NCBI GenBank assembly: GCA_002269645.1
Contig: NIVC01001776.1
Coordinates: forward strand, 337,990 to 401,989
Length of the DNA: 64,000 nucleotides
Direction: 5' to 3'
Source: Macrostomum lignano
Lineage: Eukaryota
The notes beneath the pieces are model-generated. The model searched no databases. It saw only the letters and a list, made by a program, of their open reading frames with translations, and was not told the DNA's origin. The position numbers and the translations under genes were made by a program. Of the stretch, positions 35,945-46,923 are shown piece after piece (within the stretch, counting starts at the first letter, position 1; every line of letters starts with the position of its first letter).

Positions 35945-38900
35945 ATGAAAAGTACGCTTTGGCAACTGCTGCCTCTGCTGCTGAGCATGCGAGTTGCTGC
36001 ATCACTGGACTGCTCCGCTGTAAATCGCACGGGTGAGTCAGCTGCTTTTAGGGGCAGCTCAAAGACCAGCAATGCAAGGCTGCAAATATTTTGCGATAAA
36101 CTTTCCAGTGACAGTGCAGCTGAGCAGGGCAGACGTTCTGCGCACCTGGCAACCCAGCGGTGCGCACTGCCGTTGGTGGGAGAGTCGGCAGTCAGAGACA
36201 AACCGATTCCCTGCTGCTGTGCGGTCCGGGCCTCGGTGGCTTGTGATGCAGCTGAGGCAGCCGATAATGCTGGAGGCGGTTAGCGTGCGAGACTCGAGTG
36301 AGTGACGCTGACCGACTCATTCTCATGATGCATGATGAGGCAGAGGGAGTCTGGGACACAGAATGTGAGACAGTGTGAGACCAGCTAGCATCTAATTAGC
36401 ACTCTGTGACAGTTTGAGACCAGCTACTGTAGCATTCAAGCACTTTGAGACAGTGTGAGACCAGCTACTGTAGCATTCAAGCACTCTGAGACAGTGTGAG
36501 ACCAGCTGCGTCAGCCAGCTGTGGAGGATCCGTGCAGCGCCAGCAAGGATGCCTTCTGCATCGGCCGCTTGCGGAGTCATGATGGCTCCAGTGGCACCGC
36601 CGTGGTGAGTGAAAGGGAAAATTTGCTGTTTGTACGAGCGTATGCTGCACACTGTCTTCCACATTGTGAGGAACTCTGACATTCTGAGCACCCCTCTCAC
36701 TAGCAGCCAGCGGCCTTCTTTCTGTTTAGCGGCTACATGTGCCGGCAGCCTCTCCAATGGAGCGGTCTCCTTCTGCATGGTGAGGTCTTTCAATTTAGTG
36801 CTTTGATTCGCAGGTTATTGAGTTCGTTTCGCAGCGCCGCGAAACCGCTGTTCGCTGCTCAGTGCAGCAGGCTGATGGCGCTTCATCCGCAGTAAAATTT
36901 ATTCGCAGCACCGCACCCTCAGGCCGCACGGCCCCAATGCAGCTGAAGGAGACCAGAAACCCATTCTGCCTGAACTGCGAGCCCCTCACATTGAGAAACG
37001 GAGATCGCATTGGCTTCTCAGTGAGCAGCTGCGGCTCCAAGACTCCGAACTGCTCAGTTCGACTCGCGGATGGCAGCAGGCGGGAGGCTGAGTTGGTGAG
37101 CGACTGGCCGGCCTTGACTGACAGATTTTCCACTTTGAGTCTGAGAGCTCAGGATATTTTCTGTTAATTTCAGCTGAGCTCAGGACCGGGCGCTGGTCGG
37201 ACTCGAGTCACCCATTTTGAGTACCTTGTGGAGGATAAGGAAGTTCCGCGGACTCTGACCTGCAAGCAGGGCGGGGACCCAGCGGCTCTGCAGATTGAGA
37301 GGGAAATCGCTGTGACATGCAAGTCTTGCTGGATTTGCGGGTGCAGCTGTCATTCAGGGCTCTGTACAGTTTTACACCTATAAATCCATTTGTATGCACT
37401 TTTAATTGTAGTTCATGACGGAAGCTTCACTCTATCGGTCTCTCCGGTGTGGGTCTCGGGCAGGAAGATTTTCTTAGAAGCCGAAGCGCAGCGATTCTTT
37501 CCGGAGCCCAGGATTCAGTGTTCGATCAGGGCGGTGACGGAGCAGCCTTCGAAAGTTGAGAGTCAGGTGAGGACAGGTGCACTGTCTTTGAGTGGGCGAG
37601 TTTGGGTGAGCAGGACCGCTAACAGATCACAATTTGGGGTTGAAAATCTGACCTCCACGTGATCCACCCAATTTTCCAGTCACTTGTCATCCCAAACACT
37701 TTGCCCGCAACCTATCCTCACACAGACACTTAAACTTTGGGTGCCACTTAGTTTACACGTATACGAGTATCTTGTATATTGTTCAACTTCCAGAGCCGGT
37801 CTGTAGTGAAGGACAATGAAAACAGGGTTCTGCTATCAGTTCGCTCAAAGTTCAGATTTTACGCATCGCTCTCAATGGTCGGAAGCCAAATTCTGTGCTG
37901 GGTGAATCTGACTGGAGGCGAAGATCGTGTTACGAGTACTGTGAAGATAAAATTAAATCACAATATAACGTTGATAAGCGGTGAGAAATTGAAAAAAATT
38001 TGATTTACATATTTTATAGATATGAGCCACCCAGCCACCCCTCACCCAGCCACCCCTCACCCAGCCACCCCTCACCCAGCCACCCCTCACCCAGCCTTCC
38101 CTAACCCAGCCACCCCTCACCCCGCCAACCCTCACCCAGCCACCCCTCACCCAGCCACCCCTCACCCAGCCACCCCTCACCCAGCAACCCCTCACCCAGC
38201 AACCCCTCACCCAGCAACCCCTCACCCAGCCACCCCTCACCCAGCCACCACTCACCCAGCCACCCCTCACCCAGCCACCCCTCACCCAGCCACCCCTCAC
38301 CCAGCCACCACTCACCCAGCCACCCCTCACCCAGCAACCCCTCACCCAGCCACCCCTCACCCAGCCACCCCTCACCCAGCCACTCACTCGCACTGCAGAG
38401 CCGTGCCAGACGGCCGTAGACCTGGGCTCGAGTCCGTACTGGCAGGTGAACCAAACCCGCCACATCGCAGTGACCTCCAGCGCCTGCAGCATCTGGAACG
38501 TGAGCCACAGCTGCCGGCTGCTGCAGGCTGATGGCGCTTCACCCGTGCCGCTCCACAGAGTTGAAGTACGCTTGCACTGAGATTGGCCAAAGTGCTCAGA
38601 GAAGTGCAGAGCCTCACCTGTCCCCATCTGCACCCTCATTCGCATTGCAGCAGAGCAGCTTCAGCAGCGCTCACCAGCTGCAGGTGAGCAGGTCGATGGC
38701 TCACCAGAACTGGTCCGTTCGCTGCAGCGTCAACCAGTCAGGTGTGGTGTATGATGAGGCTGAGAGTCTGGAGCAGCTGCGACCGCCAATTTTCTGTGAG
38801 TGCCGAACAGTGCATGAAGCGAGTCAAATGTGAACGCTTTGCTTGAATGCGATTTTCAATTTCACTGCAGACCCGGCAAGCATTCAGGTAAATGGCAGCA

Positions 38901-40134
38901 TTGAGAGCTCGCGACTGCACCTGGCTGTGGCTGCCTCCGACGCTCGGCCTCCGGTGACATCCGTGAAATGCTTAATTTCGAGCTCTATTGTGAGCAGTAG
39001 CTTTCATATTTGTTGTTGGTTTTTCTGCTTGAAATTATTCGCAAAAATTCGAACGACTTATTTTCTTCCTGTCACCAGCAAGCGACTCTGCACAAGCAAA
39101 GCGATGCCAACACGTGGAGTTTTGATGGCGATGGAGGTCCAATGAATGTTTTATACAGAAGGCAGCATCTCGCTGCATCGAACATCACTATCTACTGCAC
39201 TGCCCATCAGGTGTCAACGAATGGCAACCTGATATTTCAGAGTCACAGCTCGAAACAAATTTACGTAGCTGAATCGATTGGCACTACGGATCTGCCAAGC
39301 ACTCAATCAGTGAAGGCTGTTGAGTCAAAGGGTATGGGGCTTGAGCCAGACTCACTGTTCTAACATGTCTATTGAGAACATCGGAGCTAATCAACCTTCA
39401 AGAAACACACTAGCTGGTAAAATTATTGCTGCAGGTCCATTCTCAACCGTGTACGCCTTTCCACTGTCGCACCTGCTCGTTGCGTCCGCTTCGGTGATAG
39501 CCGTAATTGTGATGGTGGGCATTGCCTCAGCTGTGATTGCCTGGGTAAATAATACCTTTTATGGATAGCTTTTAGTAAGTAACTAAGTAAGTAAGTCAGT
39601 CAGTCACTCAGTCAGTCAGTCAGTCAGTCAGTCAGTCAGTCAGTCAGTCAGTCAGTCAGTCAGTCAGTTAGTCAGTCAGTCAGTCAGTCACTCAGTCAGT
39701 CAGTCAGTCAGTCAGTCAGTCAGTCAGTCAGTCAGTCAGTCAGTCAGTCAGTCAGTCAGTCAGTCAGTCAGTCAGTCAGTCAGTCAGTCAGTCAGTCAGT
39801 CAGTCAGTCAGTCAGTCAGTCAGTCAGTCAGTCAGTCAGTCAGCTGTTCACCTTGCAGAGAGTGTCCCGGTCCCGATTAGCCGGACTGGCTGCTCAGCGC
39901 AGAGGCGGCGGCGAACTTCGGATGCAGCCGCTGGCAGCCGCGGCCTCCGCGGGCGCCGGCAGCAGCGCGTACGACTACCCGTCCACGAATGCGACAGCTC
40001 AGGGCAGCAGGAGCCACAGCGAGGCCGGAGAGTCCAACAACATACCCAGTGTCTACTTGGTGCTGACTCCGTCGAGGAGGTCTCAGCATCAGCAGCAGCT
40101 GGTCAGCAGTTTTGAGCCGAGGCAGCAGAGCTGA
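35945..40134 (+). CDS. Receptor C: 14-exon type I membrane protein (~741 aa) with a canonical ITIM-consensus tail
   Basis: Exons 35945-36032, 36109-36297, 36519-36604, 36707-36779, 36863-37095, 37174-37318 (GC donor), 37412-37566, 37794-37980, 38399-38565, 38651-38795, 38871-38989, 39079-39331, 39435-39544, 39859-40134; total 2226 nt, open. Signal MKSTLWQLLPLLLSMRVAAS; TM LLVASASVIAVIVMVGIASAVIAW; tail AYDYP and SVYLVL. Confidence 0.82.
36365..36505. repeat. Short, diverged 39-bp-family array in intron 2 of receptor C
   Basis: One canonical unit plus variants with CTACTGTAGCATTCAAGCACT. Confidence 0.8.
38025..38385. repeat. 15-bp minisatellite CCCTCACCCAGCCAC in intron 8 of receptor C
   Basis: Directly visible tandem array. 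Confidence 0.95.
39590..39843. repeat. (TCAG)n microsatellite in intron 13 of receptor C
   Basis: Directly visible. Confidence 0.98.
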
Positions 40135-40994
40135 GAGATGGCTATTTTTTTAATCGTTTCCAACTCAAAAACTACAGTCTAAAAATCTCTACTTTGTCAA
40201 TTTTATAGTTCGACGGGTTAGCAGAGTTTGTAGCCGGCGAACGGGGACAAAATTATTTTTATGAGTCTTTAGTGAAATCGAGTACTTTTCTGCTCTTTAA
40301 AATGATTATTTTAACAGTAGCATTAAGTTATGATAAAAAGTAAATACAATAAAATAAATTATTGCGGAACATTTTCTTTCCAGACAAATAAAAAAGCTAA
40401 GAAAAGTTGATCAAGAAAGGAGACAGATTCTATCGCAAAATCCAAGGTGCACAAACTCCAAATTCGAGACTGAAAGCTTATTTAATAATTTCAGCTGAAG
40501 GTGCGCGTTGAACATTTTGTCTGTTACCCTCTGTCAGTAGCAGGTAGCTCTGATTATGCCAGTGTAGTTTTCGTCTATGATGACAGCAGAAACTTCAATA
40601 GCTTCGATCGGTAGCGGCAGTTGCATGTCCTTTTTGTTTGTTTGTTTGTCTGGTTCAGTAACGCAGTGCAGAATTATACATGCGAATGTTTTACATGAGC
40701 AGTGCAACAACAAGCCTCAACGTGTCTCAATATTTTGAGTTCTCGGAGAACACGGTGCTTCCAATAAGCCTCGACTAGAATTCATTCGCCTGGATTTCTG
40801 CTTGGAACAGATCGGCTTATATCTGCACCAGAAATCTCTCTGTGGAGTTTTAATGAGCCGGCGTTAAGAGTACGACATTATGAATTATGAATATTTTGAT
40901 GAAACATAGGATTAATGTTTGAGATGATTAGAGTTAGTTTTGCGTCTGGTTTCAATTTTTTTACGTTAGAATTGTACCATTTTTTATTAGAAAC

Positions 40995-41362
40995 AGGGGC
41001 TGTGTGCACCCTGGTGGCGCACTTGAAGCGTCATTGTCACACAACCGGCGAGAGGCATTGCTGCCCATTCCGCCGACTCCACTGAGCTGCAGGCACACAA
41101 GCGCGCGGATACGTACACAGTCAAACGAACAGGCACACTCTCACACGGGAGTGTACAGCGGCCCCTGACTTTATTTATCGTTAGGCATGTACACTTCACT
41201 GCGCCTTGGGGGTTGCCCTCAAGGGTGTTAATGGCTGGAGCAGAGCCAAGCCGAAATTCCATTTTAGCGACAATTATTAATGTACATGTCTGCACTTGGA
41301 ATCGAGACTGGGCCGTTGGCACATCAGAGCGCCCGCGCTAAGCCAGTGGGCTACGGCCCCCT
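40995..41362 (-). mobile_element. tRNA-derived SINE, family 2
   Basis: Homologous to 33430-33782 and 50291-50690. Confidence 0.75.
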
Positions 41363-43459
41363 TGAAATGATACCACTGTGTCATGCAGTCCTGTCGTTCT
41401 TGCGCTGAATACACAGGCTTAAAGCAGCAGTGTTTTTTTTATGATTTTGCAGTTTTTTAAGATTTTTACCTTTTGCGTTTGTCAATTTAATTTTATCAAT
41501 TATATTGGACTGTCGAGTCTTAAAATACAGCTGACTTGTTTTCCAGTTTGAAAAAACAGATAAAACTGTAAAACTGTAAAAATTGCACTGCACTATTTCA
41601 CGAAGAAAATTCATGCCCAATGTACAAATTTTTGCATAAAGTACGAACTACTCATAACATGGTCAGGTGATTTGAAGCTCATATGAGCCTGAAGGTTATT
41701 AAAAATCCATAAAAAGTCCATAATGATGTATTCAACTCCATAGTATCACGAGTGAATATTTATTTTCGAGCTCATAATCAAGTCCAGCTGCCATTATGGT
41801 AAGTTGGTAGGCACTCACAACTTGAAAGATTTGAGTATCTTACGTAATTTAAAACTATCGAAATACCTTAATAATTCCCTTTATTCTCTGATTTCGCATG
41901 TGTCAGCCAATATGTCTGCTGTCTTTCGCCACTCATTTAGAACTGATTGATGAATGATGCTCTCAGTTGAGTGCATTTTGGTAAAGTTTGTGTCTTGTTC
42001 AGTGCTTTCAGTAATATTTTGTGGTTTCTGCTTGATTTATTAGTCACTGATCGTTGTGAACGTACTCATGCTTGGATTCTTATTAATACGAGCAGTGACT
42101 GTAAAAGCGTTGTTAATTGTTTGTTTGAGATTTGAGATCTGAGATTGCGATTGAGACTTTAGGGACTTGCTGAGATGTCAAGGCTTATGGCTGAATTTAT
42201 GGCTGAATTTCTGAGATGTGAAGGCTGAGGTCAAAAGCTGATTTGACCACTGATACTATAAACACCGCGTTTATGGTAATCGGTGGATTTGACCAGGAAA
42301 TTGAGCAGAAATTTGAGCAGGAATTTGAGCAGGAATTTGAGCACATGTTGTTAAGTAAAAAAATTTTAACTCTTTGTTGGCTCCCCAAGGTGGGGCGCTA
42401 ATTGCTAATTTGGAATATAGTTAGATAGTCTGACAGCACTGGCAGCAATGGAGCCCGCTCAGAGCTAGGCAGAGTGCCTTTATTATATACTCAGCAGCAA
42501 CACTGAAAAGTCGCCACTCTATGCGCCAGTGAGCAATTTCTCTTGGACTGTTCTGAAATAAAAGATACGAGAAAACTGATCGGGGCAGCTTTAATCCGTC
42601 CAACCCTCGCACACCGCTCCCCCCACCTTATTCCTCAACTCAAGTCTGCCGCGGTGTAGCTGAGTTGCGTCACTCGCAAAGATTGAGAGACTTACCTGCA
42701 CTCTCAAAAGTGGCGACCACAGACGGAGTCTTCTGTGATGGCGACTTTTCGATGTTGCTGAGCATACAATATCCAAACAAGAATTCAGTACCGGGTCTCA
42801 CTAGGAAATCGCCCAGACTCCATCATCTCGAGAGTGCGTTTTAGTTCTTAATTTGTTAGTTTCAGTTATTTGTACTCATTCAATGTGTGCTGAGCTGCAG
42901 GAAATGTTCCAATTATTCTTAGAAAAGGTACTTCTGGTGCGCCCAATCCTCGAAGTACGATTATGTAAAGATGTACAAGCAAATGCCAATGATTTAGTCA
43001 GTTGAATCACTAGGGATCTCAAAATCCGCTCTAGACAACATCTGCTTCATCTGGAAAATAAATCATGGCCAATGCGACAGCTAAATAGTTTTAACTTCGA
43101 GTACAAGTAGTGCATAGCTTACCTGTTCACAGTTTCTTACTGCATAATCGATGTCTGTATTGTAAATATGGAATTAGAGAGACTATATATCCACAAGACT
43201 TCTATATGACGTGCAAAGACCATATCTTCTGATCTTGGTAATTACTCGTAGATCGTTGAATTACCATCAAGCTAAGTTAAGGGGTCTCTTGCAAAACTGC
43301 AGAGAGCAGTAATTCTATCTGTGTAGCTCAGCACATTCAGTTGAGTTGTTTGAATCGCCCATTTGCAGAACTTCGAATTCCATTTTCTGTTGGTCGGTCT
43401 ACTGGTATCGGCATTGCAGTGAGTAGTGCGAATTTCATCAAGTTTGTTCTCGGAAAGAT

Positions 43460-43492
<33 letters not shown>

Positions 43493-43519
43493 AAGACACT
43501 AAGACTGACAGACAGACAC

Positions 43520-43608
<89 letters not shown>

Positions 43609-43632
43609 AAGACAGACACCAAGACAGACAGA
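43460..43632. repeat. (GACA)n microsatellite
   Basis: Directly visible. Confidence 0.98.
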
Positions 43633-43685
43633 CCCCACCTAAACTGCAATAATTTTAACTCAAAACTAAACAGAATTTCAATCAG

Positions 43686-44777
43686 AATCGAAGCCGCCAA
43701 TCACTACTGCGTGAACCAGCTGACGCTAAAAATCAGTCTGGACGATTTCTATCACCGAGACGAGATTTTGATTCCGCAACTGCCGCACGAGACTGGGGTC
43801 AGTCAGGTGCGGCATCGCAAGTGCAGGTGGATTGTCAGCTTCAACACCGGCAGCAAATGCACGCAGCTGGTACTGGCTGGGTTGCCAGCTCAGGGAAACT
43901 CCAGTTTCTGGTCGACTGACAGCCGTTTAAGACTCACCTCGATGTCGAATGTCGAAACGACCGTCTTACCTGGAATATTCCAGGTCGTCCCGTTAGAGAG
44001 CAAGTACGTTACCTGTAGTCAGCGCTTTCCGCTTCATGATTTCGCCCAACACAAGTGAAATGGGAAGTTTGCATAAAGACCCTCTACGGGGAGGCGGCCT
44101 CTCCTGCCCTGCCCTGTGCTCTGTGCTGATTGGCTGCGGCCAGCCCGTCTGTGACACGAGGGCTGCGTCCTGCCCCATGCGGGGTTCTGATTGGCTGGCC
44201 CTTTGCGCTGTTGGCGAGCTTCGCCGATGGGGCCGCCTGCCGCCCCGCCCCATTGTAAGGGTTTTTCTTTATTATTTAGTACTTTTTTTGCTTCCCGGTG
44301 GTTCTTGATGCCATGGTGACAACTCGCTCAGGGTAGCTGACTTTGGGGTCAGGTAAGCAGCCTATTCAGCTGTGTCAAACCGAGGCCAACTCTGCTTAAC
44401 CTGCAGCGTTAACGACCCTTCAGACTAATTTTCATGCGAAATTTAATTGACATGTACAAATATAAAACAAAACAAAAATACTAACTTTTTCGCTACACAC
44501 CGTTTGCAGCAAAATCTTTCTGGTGGAGGCCAGCTGGGATCCGCGAACTGATGGCCAAAACGCGGCAAACTTGAGATTTCTGCTGCCACTTCCCAGCATC
44601 TGCAGCCGCGACATGCTGAGCTACCGGAACAGCTGCTTTGCCGTTGGCTCACTTCAGCAGAGCTTGACAGATGCGCTGTCCAGCATCCGGGGTGACGCTC
44701 AACTAGCCAGCTTCGCCAGTTGGTCCGAGATAGAGGAGTTCATTGAATCCAGTGAGTGTTCTTTACATGTAGATAGG

Positions 44778-44876
<99 letters not shown>

Positions 44877-44933
44877 GTAGGTAGATAGATAGATAGATAG
44901 ATAGGTAAATAGATAGATAGATAGATAGATACG

Positions 44934-44967
<34 letters not shown>

Positions 44968-44985
44968 CGTAGATAGATAGATAGG

Positions 44986-45076
<91 letters not shown>

Positions 45077-46173
45077 GTAAATAGATAGATACGTAGATAG
45101 ATAGATAGATAGATAGATAGGTAGATAGATAGATTCAAACTTGCTTTTCTCAGATGAAAGCGGTAATTTTGGGTGCATTCGATGCCTCCCTTTGAATTTC
45201 AGACCAAGCCAGAGCGCATAAATTTCCATACAGGCAGCCGCTGAGCTTTGACCAGCCAGTTCGTCTTGGCATGTTTCGTAACGTCTCCAATGACGGCTTG
45301 CTGTCCATCGCTAGGACTCCATCGGGCTGTGAATTGCAGCCTGCGTCTGTGTGAGTCCAATTCAGCTCTGGTGGCTCTCACGCATGAAAAAATAAATAGA
45401 AGAACTCTACTTTGAAATACATGAGCAACATAGGAATTTGCATGTTTGTTTAGCAGAGCAAGCATGTATTTTGTTCGAGGTCAATTCCCAAGTGCTTTTT
45501 ACATAGCACTAAGTGAGTAAAGACACTGGGGAGATATGAAATCGTGAAAAACTTGCTGGAAGACGGAAGTTTATCAAGTCGAAATTCCAGAAAGAGAGGA
45601 TTGTCAACTAGTGTTAAAACTAGAAATAAAGGCCTCCAGCGAAAATCACACGGCTTGCTAGTCCAGAAGTCCTTATGTTTGAGTTGTTCATGCTCCCAAC
45701 AGTTATCACACAGAAAGTCGCATCAACATTTCAGTAAGATCGCAGATGCCTTTGGCGGCAACTGTGTTTCGTTGAGAGCCGACTCAAACGGACCTGTTAT
45801 TGCCTTTGTTAACTGCATCATCCCCATGCTGTCGCTAGTCAGCTTCCCAGAGACTCATTCCGGTCTCAGCCAGTTGGACTGCAATCTATCAAACAGATTG
45901 TCTGACCTGTTTTCCGCGAATGAGGCTGTGAACCAGGCGAAAGCGGATGCTTCAATGAAGTTGCAGAGTGATGAAGAAGAGCAGGTGCCACCACGAGTGT
46001 CAACTTTCGAGCTCAATGCAGATACGATAGTGTCTGAGAATCAACCTTTAGCCAGCAAGGCTGCCCTTGTCATACCGGACATTGCGGCAATAATAATCGT
46101 TTTTATTCTACTGTTAGTCACACGCTTACTCGCATTTATGCCGCCTCTACATTGCGATACCGCCTCTGCATAG
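43686..46173 (+). CDS. Gene F: CUB-like + C-type-lectin-like single-pass membrane protein (3' exons; 5' exons not identified)
   Basis: Phase-consistent exons 43686-44003, 44510-44751, 45203-45350, 45714-46173. CTLD-like [15 protein letters not shown]...[25 protein letters not shown] and GGNCVSL...NC. CUB-like ILIPQL...KCRWIV...QLVL. C-terminal [22 protein letters not shown]. Confidence 0.65.
44770..45132. repeat. (GATA)n microsatellite in an intron of gene F
   Basis: Directly visible. Confidence 0.98.
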
Positions 46174-46923
46174 TTGCATGCTGCGAGGGTAATTATTCTC
46201 AATTATCAACGTTAAGGCACTAAAGACTAAGATAAGTAGAAAAGGCGATACAATACAATGTGGTCAGCCATGATTTGTTTAATTGCTCGTTACGTGAATA
46301 GCTAGTATTAAATCTAAAATGATTATGTTTATAAAGTATTGATTTTTAATTTTAGTGCCAATCATTTGCCGTTTATCACGAGGCAGTTGGTGTTTATCAA
46401 TCCTTTTTTTCACCGAACACACAACTTCACTTCACCTTTACAGTGTAAGCGAGTTCACTTTTCTTTATTAGCTTGTAAAGTATTCGAAGCACTGAGAGAA
46501 ACCATATATTGCAACTGTAATTTCGTCCTCACGCGACAGTTTACTACTATCGCGAACATGCTTGGCTTGAAGTAAAACAAATTGAAGAAAAATATCTTGA
46601 CTGCTGTGTCAGTTGCTTTGGATATTACAAAATACAGGAGTTACAGAGTTTTAAATAAGCCCAACTGATTGAAGTCAAATGTAAGGATTTAAATATTCAC
46701 TTGAGTACTTAAAAATAGCCTTAGTTAAAACAGTCCATTTTTCATGGACATTAACTGTAGCAGCAGTTCAAGGCAATCGCCAGAGAGCGGCATTTGATGT
46801 AAACAAAGCAGGCAGTCATTAAATCTTCAAGTCTCGAGGCTGCATCCATCGCACACAGCATAAAATATCTGTCAGAAAAGCAACATCGGTTAAAGTTTTC
46901 TTTACCTGAATATTCTACTTTAA

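Noticed and set aside
44080-44260. GC-rich stretch with two ATTGG (CCAAT) motifs as a promoter
   Set aside because: It lies inside an intron of gene F with no supportable downstream start; probably a repeat fragment.
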